64,000 nucleotides of DNA from Armatimonadota bacterium (GTDB lineage: Bacteria > Armatimonadota > SYMT01), in the NCBI GenBank assembly GCA_046292385.1, contig JBKBRF010000029.1, positions 1 through 64,000 on the forward strand, written 5' to 3'. How positions within the stretch are numbered: position 1 is the first letter of the stretch; every line of letters begins with the position of its first letter. Shown one piece after another: positions 1 to 9,097 of the stretch. Position numbers and translations under genes: made by a program. The notes below the pieces were generated by a model. It saw only the letters and a program-made list of their open reading frames with translations, was not told the origin of the DNA and did no database searches.

Positions 1-80
1 ATCCCGAACACGGCAGTTAAGCCCCACTGCGCCGAGAGTACTGCTCCTTATCAGGAGTGGGAGCGTAGGTCGCCGCCAGA
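1..80 (+). rRNA. rrf: 5S rRNA, 3' portion (truncated by window start)
   Basis: Conserved 5S segments ATCCCGAACACGGCAGTTAAG...GCGCCGA.AGTACTG...GGGAG.GTAGGTCGCCGCCAG, followed by a terminator hairpin. Confidence 0.93.
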
Positions 81-87
81 ATACTTT

Positions 88-128
88 GCGAGCCTCCACC
101 CTTACCCGGTGGGGGCTCGCTATGTTTC
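88..128 (+). terminator. Intrinsic terminator after 5S rRNA
   Basis: GCGAGCCTCCACC-7nt loop-GGTGGGGGCTCGC stem followed by TATGTTTC. Confidence 0.8.
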
Positions 129-145
129 TGGTCACGCCGGCGCAC

Positions 146-169
146 CTCCCCCACTCCCCCACTCCCCCA
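146..169. repeat. Short tandem repeat (CTCCCCCA)x3
   Basis: Three exact octamer copies in intergenic DNA. Confidence 0.75.
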
Positions 170-295
170 TTCGCCAACTGCACCTTCCCCTGGTCGGCTG
201 TGATATTCGGAACCGGCCGCCGCTCGCAGCGCGGGCCTTTGTTCCGCCGCGCGCGGAAGCGCGGTGGGATCTCCATTCTCGAGGACGCTCTGAAG

Positions 296-607
296 ATGTT
301 CGTGCACACCGTTTACTTCTGGCTCCGGGAAGGCACTCCCGAGGCCGCGCGGCAGCAGCTGATCGACGACTGCCGCACCCTCTTGGCGCAGGTTCCCACG
401 GTCCAGAAGGTGTGGGCTGGCCCTGCCGCCAATACGCCGCGTGACGTGGTCGATAACTCCTACGGCTGCGGCCTGACCGTGCTCTTCGCCAGCCGGGAGG
501 ATCACGACGTCTACCAGGACCACCCGCTCCACCAGGACTTCATCGAACGGAACCGCGAGCATTGGGAGCGGGTACAGGTGTACGACTACCTCGACGGATC
601 GGCCTGA
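296..607 (+). CDS. Dabb family (stress-responsive A/B barrel) protein
   Basis: MFVHTVYFWL...R.VVDNSY..GLTVLF...HDVYQDHPLH..FI motif; ATG at 296 after GAGGA RBS. Confidence 0.85.
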   Translation: MFVHTVYFWLREGTPEAARQQLIDDCRTLLAQVPTVQKVWAGPAANTPRDVVDNSYGCGLTVLFASREDHDVYQDHPLHQDFIERNREHWERVQVYDYLDGSA

Positions 608-662
608 TCGGGCTCTACCCTGGGCCGCATTGGTGGAAGAACAGGCCGGGGGAGTCACGAAC

Positions 663-1472
663 ATGATCGATGCGGTGGTGCTGGCCGGCGGTGAGCTGGA
701 GCGGGAGCGGTTCCAGGGGCTGACGGCGGCGGTCGACGCGAAGGCTGAAATCCCGATCCTCGGTCGTCCGATGGTCGAGTGGACCGTCCGCGCGCTGCGG
801 GAGACCGGGGCGGTCGATCGGATCGTGGTGGTCGGCCCGGCCTCCCTTTCCGCCGGCGAGTTGCGGGCGCTCGGAGTGGACCTGATCCCGGAGCGCGGAG
901 GCCTCGCGCCGAACGTCCGCACCGGCCTGGAAGCGCTCTCCGGTTCGCCGCGGGTGCTCGTCCTCTCCGCCGACCTGCCGCTGGTCTCGCGGGAGGCGCT
1001 GCTGGATCTGCTGGAGCACGCTCCGGAGGCCGACGTCGTCTTCCCGGTTGTGGAGCGCGCGGAGGCGGAGCGGCGGTTCGGCGATCGGGAGTGGATCTAC
1101 GCGCGCACGGCGGACGGCGAATTCACCGGCTCCGCACTCGGGTTGGTGCGCCCCGGCGCGGTGCTGCGCCGCTGGGAGTGGGCCGAGCGCCTGCTCGACG
1201 CGCGCCGCCTCTCGCCGCTTAGGCTGGCGATGATGGTTGGGCCGCTCATTGCGTTCAAGTATCTGTTCGGAGCCCTGCGCATCCGAGACGTAGAGCAGCG
1301 TCTCTCCCGCATTCTGAAAGTCGGGGGGCGGGCCTACCGCAGCCGGTACCCCGAGCTGGCGATGGACGTCGACAAGCTCTCGGACCTGGCGTTCGTCGAG
1401 CGGGAGCTCCGAAGACGCGGCACGGAGAAGTCAGGCACCCCGGCGGGAGGAGATAGGACCTCCGGCCCATAA
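663..1472 (+). CDS. MobA-like NTP transferase domain protein
   Basis: N-terminal DAVVLAGG, KA..PI.GRPMV, ADLPL, C-terminal ELAMDVDK; ATG 663 after GGAG. Confidence 0.8.
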   Translation: MIDAVVLAGGELERERFQGLTAAVDAKAEIPILGRPMVEWTVRALRETGAVDRIVVVGPASLSAGELRALGVDLIPERGGLAPNVRTGLEALSGSPRVLVLSADLPLVSREALLDLLEHAPEADVVFPVVERAEAERRFGDREWIYARTADGEFTGSALGLVRPGAVLRRWEWAERLLDARRLSPLRLAMMVGPLIAFKYLFGALRIRDVEQRLSRILKVGGRAYRSRYPELAMDVDKLSDLAFVERELRRRGTEKSGTPAGGDRTSGP

Positions 1473-1545
1473 AGCGCTCTGCGGCGGCGCGCTAGAGAGT
1501 CTTGTGAGAGCCTTCCGGCAGTCTCCGCCCAGCAAGGAGCATTCC

Positions 1546-2862
1546 GTGTCTACCGCCGCTGCTTCCCGCTTCAAAGAGCCGTTCACGCACCTGGACCAGT
1601 TCTACGTCTCGTGCCTGTGGCTCGCCTACAACTTCCAGTGGGGCGCCATCCTCTTCATCGTGCTGCCGATGCAGGTCGAGGCGGCGGTCGGCGCGGCGCA
1701 GAAGGAAGCGGTGCTGGGGCAGATTCTGCCGCTCGGCGCCATACTCTCGCTGATCATCACGCCGATCACCGGGGCGCTCTCCGACCGCTCCCGCAATCCA
1801 AAGGGGAAGCGGCGGCCCTACCTGGTCGTCGGGGCGCTCATCAACTGCGCGGCCCTGCTCGTCCTGGGCGCCTCCGGCCAGGGCACCAGCGCCTGGATCC
1901 TCGCGATCGGCTTCATGGGCGCGCAGCTCGGCTGCAACTGGTGGGGCGGGCCTTACGCCGGGCTGATCCCGGACGTGGTGCCGCCGAAGCTCCACGGACG
2001 CGCCAGCGGCTGGCAGGCGCTCATGACCGCGCTGGGGCTCATCCTCGGCTCGCTCGCCGGCGGCTTCCTGGTGCGAGGCAGCAACTTCTGGCCGGTCTAC
2101 CTCTGCATCATCGGCGTTCAGCTCATCACCCTGGCGCTCACCCTCTACGGCGTCCGAGAGCCGAAGCCGGTGGGTGCCGCCGAGCCGTTCCGGCTGGGAC
2201 CGTTCATGCGCTCCTTCGTGCTCGATCCGAAGGAGCATCGGAACTTCTACTGGGTGCTGGTGACCCGCGCCTTCGTGAACATGGGCGTCTACGCGATCTC
2301 GCCGTACTTCGTCTACTTCATGGGCGACATCATCCTGCGCGGCGACATCGCTGCGCGGGGGCTCAACCCGGCGCAGGCGGGCGAGTACGCGGGCCAGATG
2401 ACCTCCATCCTGATGGTGATCATCATCGGAATGGGGATCCCCACCAGCCTTACGGCAGGCATGCTCTCCGACCGCACCGGCCGCAAGCCGCTGGTCTACC
2501 TGAGCGGCGCCGTGATGGCGATTGCCTGTGCTATCTACATCGGTGTCTCGTTCTCCCCCAGCCTGGCGCTCACGTTTATCGTCGCCGGCATCTACGGGAT
2601 CGGGAACGGGGCTTACCAGGCGGTCGACTGGGCGCTGGCGCTCGACGTGCTCCCGTCCGGCGAGGACGCGGCGAAGGACATGGGGGTCTGGCACGTGGCG
2701 ATTGTGCTTCCGCAGGTGCTCGCTCCCTGGATCAGCGGAATGGTGATTCACGCGTTCAAGAGCCAGTCGCTCCTGATGGGCTACACCACCATCTTCGCGA
2801 TGGCGGCGGTCTGGTTCGTGCTGGGGACGATCTTCGTGCGGCAGATCCGCGGCGTCCGCTGA
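1546..2862 (+). CDS. MFS transporter (sugar-transporter-like)
   Basis: About 12 hydrophobic segments, GALSDRSR..GKRRPY and LSDRTGRKP motif A repeats; GTG 1546 after AAGGAG. Confidence 0.88.
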   Translation: MSTAAASRFKEPFTHLDQFYVSCLWLAYNFQWGAILFIVLPMQVEAAVGAAQKEAVLGQILPLGAILSLIITPITGALSDRSRNPKGKRRPYLVVGALINCAALLVLGASGQGTSAWILAIGFMGAQLGCNWWGGPYAGLIPDVVPPKLHGRASGWQALMTALGLILGSLAGGFLVRGSNFWPVYLCIIGVQLITLALTLYGVREPKPVGAAEPFRLGPFMRSFVLDPKEHRNFYWVLVTRAFVNMGVYAISPYFVYFMGDIILRGDIAARGLNPAQAGEYAGQMTSILMVIIIGMGIPTSLTAGMLSDRTGRKPLVYLSGAVMAIACAIYIGVSFSPSLALTFIVAGIYGIGNGAYQAVDWALALDVLPSGEDAAKDMGVWHVAIVLPQVLAPWISGMVIHAFKSQSLLMGYTTIFAMAAVWFVLGTIFVRQIRGVR

Positions 2863-3665
2863 TGGCGAAGTCGAGGGCGGAGCGCCCGGAACGGGAGCCG
2901 ATCGACGTGGTGGTGCTGGCGGGCGGCCGCATCAGCGGCTGGTTCCGCCGGTCGGCCGGCACCTCCGTGAAGGCGCTCGCGCCGGTCGCCGGCGAGGCGG
3001 TGGTGCGGCGGACCGTCCGCGGCCTGCGCGAATCCCGCTGGGTGCGGGAGGTCTGCGTGGTGGGGCCGGAGCCGCTGCGGGAGGCGGTGGCGGACCTGGC
3101 GCTCTGGCAGGCGGACGCCGGCTCCGCCCTGGCAAACGCGATAGCCGGACTGGAGAAGCTGGGCGGCGATGCGACCCGCCGCGTGCTGGTAAGCGCCTCC
3201 GACCATCCGTTCCTGAACGGCGCCGCGGTAGACGACTACCTCGACCGCTCCCCCACCGGGGCCGCCGTCACGATGCCGCTGGTCCGTCGCGAACGGTTCG
3301 TGGAGCGCTTCCCCGGCAACTGGGGGGTCTACGTGCGCCTGGCGGAGGGGCGCTTCACCTCCGGCGGGCAGTTCCTCTTCCGTCCGGACCCGGTGCTGCA
3401 GAACCCGCCGCTGCTGCAGAGCCTCTTCAACCGGAGGAAGTCGCAGCTCGCGCTCGCCTCCATGCTCGGATGGGGCCTCGTCTGGAAGCTGGTGCGCGGA
3501 CGGCTCTCGATCGACGACGTGGAGCAGCGCATGTCCGAGATCACCGGCTGCGCCTGCCGCGCCGTGCCGGACTGCCATCCGGAGCTCGCCTACGACATGG
3601 ACAACGTCCTCGACCTGCGAGACGCCGAGCAGCGCCTCCTGAACGAACGAAGGGCCGGTAGCTGA
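2862..3665 (+). CDS. MobA-like NTP transferase domain protein (paralog of 663-1472)
   Basis: DVVVLAGG, KALAPVAG, SDHPFL, ELAYDMDN; ATG overlaps MFS stop (TGATG). Confidence 0.8.
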   Translation: MAKSRAERPEREPIDVVVLAGGRISGWFRRSAGTSVKALAPVAGEAVVRRTVRGLRESRWVREVCVVGPEPLREAVADLALWQADAGSALANAIAGLEKLGGDATRRVLVSASDHPFLNGAAVDDYLDRSPTGAAVTMPLVRRERFVERFPGNWGVYVRLAEGRFTSGGQFLFRPDPVLQNPPLLQSLFNRRKSQLALASMLGWGLVWKLVRGRLSIDDVEQRMSEITGCACRAVPDCHPELAYDMDNVLDLRDAEQRLLNERRAGS

Positions 3666-3712
3666 TCTTCAGCTTCCGGCCCCTCTCCTCTCGATCCGCA
3701 GCTTCCCACGCA

Positions 3713-4069
3713 CTACTCGGTGTGGAACGGGCGCCACTTTCCGCTGCCGTCGATGCGGCTCACGTGCTCCCGCACCACCTCCAGAGGGCAGAGCTGGATG
3801 AAGGCCTGCGCCGCCAAGGTGAGGAGCGCCAGGTCGTCCACCTGGCCCACCAGCGGCATCAGGTCCGGCAGGAAGTCGAAGGGGGAGATCACGTAGGCGA
3901 TCGCCCCAAGCAGGATCAGCTTCGCGCCGACGCTGACCCGCCGCTCCCGCAGGAGCCCCAGGAAGAGCCGGGCGAAGCTGGGGAGATGCGCCACGAACCG
4001 GGCTATGTTCATCGGGTGGCGCCGCTGCACCGCCTGTTTGAGACTGGTCTTCGTCATTTTGATCCTCAT
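3713..4069 (-). CDS. YkvA/DUF1232 family membrane protein
   Basis: YVISPFDFLPD..PLVGQVDD signature. Confidence 0.85.
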   Translation of the reverse strand: MRIKMTKTSLKQAVQRRHPMNIARFVAHLPSFARLFLGLLRERRVSVGAKLILLGAIAYVISPFDFLPDLMPLVGQVDDLALLTLAAQAFIQLCPLEVVREHVSRIDGSGKWRPFHTE

Positions 4070-4142
4070 CCCGCCGCCGGACCGATCCGGCCCGCAACAT
4101 TAGACGGCGGCACCGCGAGAACGCGGATCTCCATGATGTCAG

Positions 4143-4226
4143 ATACAGCTCGCGGTGTCGAGGATAGCGGTGGCGAGCGGATTTTACGAGCGCTACGGCT
4201 TCCGTGCGGTAAGGAAGGAGCAGTAG
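4143..4226 (+). pseudogene. Possible GNAT acetyltransferase C-terminal remnant
   Basis: Short frame reads A.GFYERYGFR, typical of the GNAT C-terminal motif; no intact ORF. Confidence 0.3.
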
Positions 4227-4529
4227 ACGTGGGGGTGCGGCGCAGGTCGGCGAGGCGGATCTGGGCCGGGGCCTTCTTCGAGGCGGGCTCACCCTCCTGC
4301 ACCAGGAGTTCTGTCCGCCGCCACGGCATCCTGTGGGATTAGCGACAGACTACCGCGCGGGCGAGTGCCATGTCCGGGCCCGTGTCGGTAGAATCGCTCG
4401 TGTCGCGACCTCATGTCGCGATAGTCGGTAGCCGCTTGCTCACGCGCGAAGAACAACGCCTCGGCAGCATCCTATGCGGCGTCGAACTGCGTTGCCGAGC
4501 CACCTGACAGTAGCAGTTCCGAGAAGGGG

Positions 4530-5594
4530 GTGACTATCATCGGACGAAAGGCCGAACAGGCTGCCGAGGCGGAGAGGCGACGGCGACAGCAACACCCGGA
4601 GGAGTTTCCGCTGCCGGATCAAGACTATGGCTTCTGGCGCGGCGATTACTCCCTTATCGATCCTTCGCCGAACCTGGTAGACCGTGCGCTGAGGGAAGCT
4701 GTCAGAAGATACGTAGGGAGCAAGCCTAAACAGCAGAGGGCTATCCGGAATTCAATCAGCACCGATGGTTGCTACACACTGATGGCGTTCGCCCGGCGGT
4801 CCGCCGTCTTTGCGATGCGTGAACGGAACGCCGAGTTCATCCGGGATGGCCTGGCAGCGCTCGCAATGATTGGCCAGGGACGAGTGGATTGGCGCGACCT
4901 CCCCGGTTCAGAGCTCCACCTCTTGTACCACGCGGCGAAGCGGATCGGTGCTGACGCGGACGGAATGTTCCGGCAGGTCGGAAGCGCCACCGAGACGAGG
5001 GTCGGAGGGCTGATGCTCGAATTCCTGGAACGCGACCCGGAGCGTCGCAGCCTTCCTTCCGGGCTCTATGTAGAAGTTCAGACCGGAAAGGGAGTGGGGT
5101 TTATCGAGCGAGGCATCGCAGACTATGACCCCACCCTCGACCTCGAGTCGCTCGTGATTGCGGTTGCGCGGTTGGTGTCAGCCGACAGGTACCAACCGAA
5201 TAGGGTTGCGGTGGGAACCGATCTCTCGCCGATATGGGTCTCGCGTGAGAGGAACGCCGAACTGGAGCGGATCCTTGCGGCGGTGCGAGGAGGGGCGACC
5301 ATTCACGCGCGTCTCCGTCCCAACCAACGCCCCGAGCACCTCGGGCAATCACTGATCGTGTTCATCGTAGAGACTGCGCGAGCTGACGACGCCCAGACAC
5401 TTCTCCGACTGTCCAGTTCGGAGGACGCCCAGACGCACTGCAGCATCGCCACCGCAGCGGGCCGGCTCTTTGCGTTAATTGTTGCAGCGGCTACGTGGGA
5501 GGGCGCTGAGGCATACGAAACGAGCGAGACCCTCGTCCGATTCGATGAAGCACTCACCCAACTCTTGGCCCGATTTGCCAACGAGGCCGATTAG
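4530..5594 (+). CDS. Hypothetical protein (354 aa)
   Basis: Long ORF with protein-like composition and a purine-rich RBS (GAGAAGGGG); no family recognised. Confidence 0.65.
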   Translation: MTIIGRKAEQAAEAERRRRQQHPEEFPLPDQDYGFWRGDYSLIDPSPNLVDRALREAVRRYVGSKPKQQRAIRNSISTDGCYTLMAFARRSAVFAMRERNAEFIRDGLAALAMIGQGRVDWRDLPGSELHLLYHAAKRIGADADGMFRQVGSATETRVGGLMLEFLERDPERRSLPSGLYVEVQTGKGVGFIERGIADYDPTLDLESLVIAVARLVSADRYQPNRVAVGTDLSPIWVSRERNAELERILAAVRGGATIHARLRPNQRPEHLGQSLIVFIVETARADDAQTLLRLSSSEDAQTHCSIATAAGRLFALIVAAATWEGAEAYETSETLVRFDEALTQLLARFANEAD

Positions 5595-5799
5595 ATCTGG
5601 GGTTCTGTGGTGGGCGATGTCGCCGCCAGCGGGGCCCGGAAGGAATGGTGGACTTCGGCATCTGACCCGCCTCTGGGCCTTCACCTGTCCTACACCACGG
5701 CACACTCATCCTGGTGTCACCTGGTCAGATGCGGGTCGGCGGGCAGAGGAGCCGCTTGGTAGAGGCGGCGCCTAAATCGAGCGCCAAAGGCAGAAAACA

Positions 5800-5828
5800 A
5801 GAAATCCCCGCCGCACCGGCGAGGATTA
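5800..5828 (-). terminator. Probable native tRNA-Pro terminator, now downstream of the displaced tRNA 3' fragment
   Basis: AATCC.CGCCG-CAC-CGGCG.GGATT hairpin with T-rich tail on the minus strand. Confidence 0.6.
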
Positions 5829-5832
5829 TCCA

Positions 5833-5891
5833 AATCGGGGTGCGCGGATTTGAACCGCGGACCTCTGCGTCCCGAACGCAGCGCTCTACCA
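5833..5891 (-). repeat. att site: 59-bp duplicate of the tRNA-Pro 3' portion
   Basis: Exact match to 28148-28206; lacks the tRNA 5' acceptor strand and part of the D-arm. Confidence 0.95.
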
Positions 5892-6021
5892 GACAAACTT
5901 GCCCGAGAACTGGACCCAACGCAACAATATCAATGCCGAGGGAACGGGTTCAACACCATGCTCGAAGCTACCCACAAGCGCTTGAAGGTCTTGAACCGGT
6001 CATCCCGCAGCTTGCTTCAGT

Positions 6022-6657
6022 TTAGTGCGAGAGAATCGGCAAGTCAAGAGCTGTTTCTCGCGGCGCTCGCCCGCTATCGCGCCCGCAGGACTGACAAGAG
6101 CACCGTCCTTCAGCGATGGAGATGACGAGCAAGTCGTCGTGTAACTCACGTATGGTACGCGGGTTGTATAGGTCTTGGTTCTTGATTTCGTAGAGGTCAG
6201 CTTCAGCGGGGAAACTGGTTCCGTCGGCGCGGGGACGAAGCGCGCCTCTGGGGTGGAAATCTGCTATCCGGAAGAAGAGGTCCTTCAGAGTCCAGCCGCA
6301 TACCGTGAGCACGCGCCGGCTCCAGTTCAGGCTACAGAAGATAAACGCGCGGGCAGACGTGTCCGCCTGTAGTCCGGAGAAGTTGTTCACGTAGTGGCGC
6401 CGAACAGGTGCATCACGTCGCATCGTCTTCACATCAATGGTGATGCCGTGGAACACGAGGTCCACCCCACCATCCGGGGAGGTCTGTCCCCTTGCGCGAG
6501 GGTAGTCGAAGAGATCCTGAACGACGATCTCCCCGACGAGGCCGGTCAACTGTTGGTCTACAGTCCCGTCAGCGACGCCCCTGCGCCCGAAGTTATGCCT
6601 CGCGAGCACGGACCTGGCGTATGTCACGGCCTCTTCTGTTATATCCGCTTCAAACAC
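6022..6657 (-). CDS. PD-(D/E)xK restriction-endonuclease-like protein
   Basis: G..GE helix, DGGVD...IDVKT catalytic pattern, FIFCS and VCGW strands. Confidence 0.6.
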   Translation of the reverse strand: MFEADITEEAVTYARSVLARHNFGRRGVADGTVDQQLTGLVGEIVVQDLFDYPRARGQTSPDGGVDLVFHGITIDVKTMRRDAPVRRHYVNNFSGLQADTSARAFIFCSLNWSRRVLTVCGWTLKDLFFRIADFHPRGALRPRADGTSFPAEADLYEIKNQDLYNPRTIRELHDDLLVISIAEGRCSCQSCGRDSGRAPRETALDLPILSH

Positions 6658-7089
6658 TTACTCTTCCGTTGAGTTCCAGTCCGCTGTCGAGCAAGACGTA
6701 TTCAACGGCACGGGCGTTGCATAGCGCGACGGGGAGTGCCTGAACCCCACCAGGGAAAAGGTTGTCGCGAGTGACAGCTCCCCTACCCTCACTACCGGGA
6801 GAAGCGGACGATGGCCGAACCAGACGACTTCGATGAGTTGCGCGTCCACGAGCCGCCGTGCCAAGCCCACTGCATGGATCGCGTGGACAGGCACGGCGGC
6901 GTCTGATTAGGTGTCACGCCGATCTCGGTCCGCCGGACCTGGGACCTATGCGAATGCCCGACCGAGCGGACCTTTCGGTGGTGGATCGTCGCGCGGCAGA
7001 GTTTCAGAGGACGCTTCAGTCAGGTCTGGCACTCGACGAAGTGGAGTAGGACTGCTGCACTCGGGAAGCACCTCTCGGCCGTAGAACAA

Positions 7090-7380
7090 GCTGCCCGAGT
7101 CCCACGACTGGATTCGTGGGGTCCAGGTGGAACATCAGGACTTAAGACAGGCGCTCCGCCGCTACGACTGCCCGGAGATGCTGCGGTGCGTGGACCCACC
7201 GCACGTTACCGAAAGCCGCAGCCGACCGAAGCTGCACGGGCACGAGATGAGCGAGGAGGACCACCACGAACTTGTGGACTTCCTCCTCGTTGTTAAGGGT
7301 CGAGCGGTTGTCTCCGGCTACACCCATCCCCGCTACGCAGTGCTGGAACGACACCGATAGCGGCGGCAGGACTTCATCAG
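7090..7380 (+). pseudogene. Dam/D12-class N6-adenine methyltransferase C-terminal remnant
   Basis: LPE.HDWIRGVQVEHQD...RRYD.PE...VDPPH...HEMSEEDH.EL..FL..VKG.AVVSGY; DPPY is DPPH, TAG at the conserved W, no N-terminal half. Confidence 0.75.
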
Positions 7381-7552
7381 GGTCGTATGTCCGACCGCCG
7401 ATGAGCGGCGCGTGGAGAGTGTCTGGATCGCCGCCGCCTAACGCCGTCCCCCTGCGCCTCGGGTGTCCTGGTGTCCGGCGTCAGGCCACCCCGTCCACTC
7501 CCAGGCACAGTCGCCGTCTTGGAGCTGCCCGTCCTCGCTCCAATCCCACACG

Positions 7553-8335
7553 TCAAGGCGTGGGCAGGTCCTGGATGAACCGGTCGAGATACTCCTCCGC
7601 CGCAAGCATCCCCTTGCCGTCGGATTGAAAGAAGCCATCGAGAATCCAGCGCGGAATCCGCACGAGCCGCTTCGCGGACACCTCGACTATTCCGGGAGGC
7701 AACGGCTTGCGGGGGTCCTTCTCCTTCTCCTGTATGTAGCGGGCGAGTCGGCGCGCCGATACCGCCGCTTGGTCCCACAGTTCTTTCCGACGAGCTGGCT
7801 CCGAGCAGTGGTTATACTCCCGAACCAGGTCCAGTAGCGTGGTTAGGCTACTTGGAGCGACCGGGATCAGCACCGGGTCAGTCTTCGGTTCTTCTTCCAG
7901 ACTCTGGATCAGGTTTGCTCGCCGCGTCAGCCGTGTCCGGCACTCGTCCATTTCTTCATCCGAGAGGCCGAGCAGGAGCCAGAGGCCAACCGCCATCTGG
8001 ATCACCGTGTCACCGGCATCCTGCTCAAAACAGGTCTGCTTGCGGTCCTGAAACGCCCGAAGAGCGTGCCGCAGGCCATAGAAGCACGCCCGCAGCCCAT
8101 CCCGGTCCACCAGCACCTCGTCCACGCCGGTCTGGTCGTCGTGGGTGTTCGCATGTTCGAGCCACTCTTCGCACTCCTGGTAAGCAGTCTGAAGAGTGTC
8201 CATGTGCTGCTCGGCGTTCAGGTCGCCGGTGTTCTCGCTGTGCGTCCTCAAACACGGGACGAGGCCGTCCAGGAGATAGGCTGCAAACTCCGCCAAGTCA
8301 TCGCGCGGCACCGCGCAGTAGGGGGAACCTTCCAT
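7553..8335 (-). CDS. Hypothetical acidic helical protein (260 aa)
   Basis: Long ORF with an RBS-like AAGGGTGA upstream; no recognised family. Confidence 0.6.
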   Translation of the reverse strand: MEGSPYCAVPRDDLAEFAAYLLDGLVPCLRTHSENTGDLNAEQHMDTLQTAYQECEEWLEHANTHDDQTGVDEVLVDRDGLRACFYGLRHALRAFQDRKQTCFEQDAGDTVIQMAVGLWLLLGLSDEEMDECRTRLTRRANLIQSLEEEPKTDPVLIPVAPSSLTTLLDLVREYNHCSEPARRKELWDQAAVSARRLARYIQEKEKDPRKPLPPGIVEVSAKRLVRIPRWILDGFFQSDGKGMLAAEEYLDRFIQDLPTP

Positions 8336-8372
8336 CTGTCACCCTTTCTCAAGCTTAACAATCTGGTGGGTG

Positions 8373-8645
8373 CTACCCACCCTCGGGATAGCGCTCCAAC
8401 CCCCGTTTGTTCGCCAGGTAAACCAGCAGCCCGCAGATCATCAGGTTCCCGCCGAACTGGACCCCCGTCTCGCGCATGTTGAGGCGGTCCAGGTTTACCA
8501 CGCTGGTGTCGAGTAGCGTGCCGCCGGTCACGTCGAACCCGAACTGGTAGAACGCTGCCATCACCAGGCCGATCAGCGCTGCCAGGAAGCCCAACGCTCC
8601 AGCAATCTCGCACCCGAGTTTCCTCGCCCGGTCCTTCTTGTTCAC
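8373..8645 (-). CDS. Small membrane protein (two TM segments)
   Basis: GGAGGGAG RBS; two hydrophobic helices around a VVNLDRLN.R loop. Confidence 0.65.
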   Translation of the reverse strand: MNKKDRARKLGCEIAGALGFLAALIGLVMAAFYQFGFDVTGGTLLDTSVVNLDRLNMRETGVQFGGNLMICGLLVYLANKRGLERYPEGG

Positions 8646-8832
8646 ACTCCCTCCCGCTTCTCTCTAGGGTCCGCCACGTGACCCGGCACCGAATGGGCAC
8701 GCGCCGCCGGGCACGAACGCCATGACTCCTGACAGCAATTTCGATTGAGGTATATCGCACTGATATCCAGGTTTTCAGGTATTCAGCGCCGCTGCGCTAG
8801 CTTGGCCTCCGAACCCTTCGGAGGCGACCGTC

Positions 8833-9087
8833 TTGCGCAAGAGTATCTTCAGCCCGGAACAAGAGGTACTTCTGTTCGAGTTGCAGAAGGCACGGCGGGA
8901 GGCAGGCCTGACCCAGACGCAGCTTGCGGAGCGGCTCCAGAAGACACAGGCGTGGGTGAGCCAGTGTGAGACGGGCGAGCGGCGGATCGACACCCTGGAA
9001 CTCCGGGCGATCTGCCGGGCCATCGAAATCCCGTTTCTGGACTTCCTGAAGCGAGTCGAGGACGCGCTTCAAAAGGAAGGGCTGTAG
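8833..9087 (+). CDS. XRE-family HTH transcriptional regulator
   Basis: RKSIFS...ARREAGLTQ.QLAERL.KTQAWVS.CETGERRID..EL; GGAGG RBS before TTG. Confidence 0.88.
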   Translation: MRKSIFSPEQEVLLFELQKARREAGLTQTQLAERLQKTQAWVSQCETGERRIDTLELRAICRAIEIPFLDFLKRVEDALQKEGL

Positions 9088-9097
9088 CGTCCACCGG

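Noticed and set aside
1611..2861. 684-aa ORF 1611-3665 as one protein
   Set aside because: The upstream part is an off-frame shadow of the MFS gene; real start is ATG 2862
4066..4329. 87-aa minus-strand ORF upstream of the YkvA gene
   Set aside because: No recognisable family, low-complexity composition, overlaps the GNAT-like remnant
5833..5891. Second tRNA-Pro gene
   Set aside because: Lacks the 5' acceptor strand and part of the D-arm; it is the att duplication
6658..7089. Coding region upstream of the island nuclease
   Set aside because: Several short competing ORFs on both strands, none with an RBS or motif I can support
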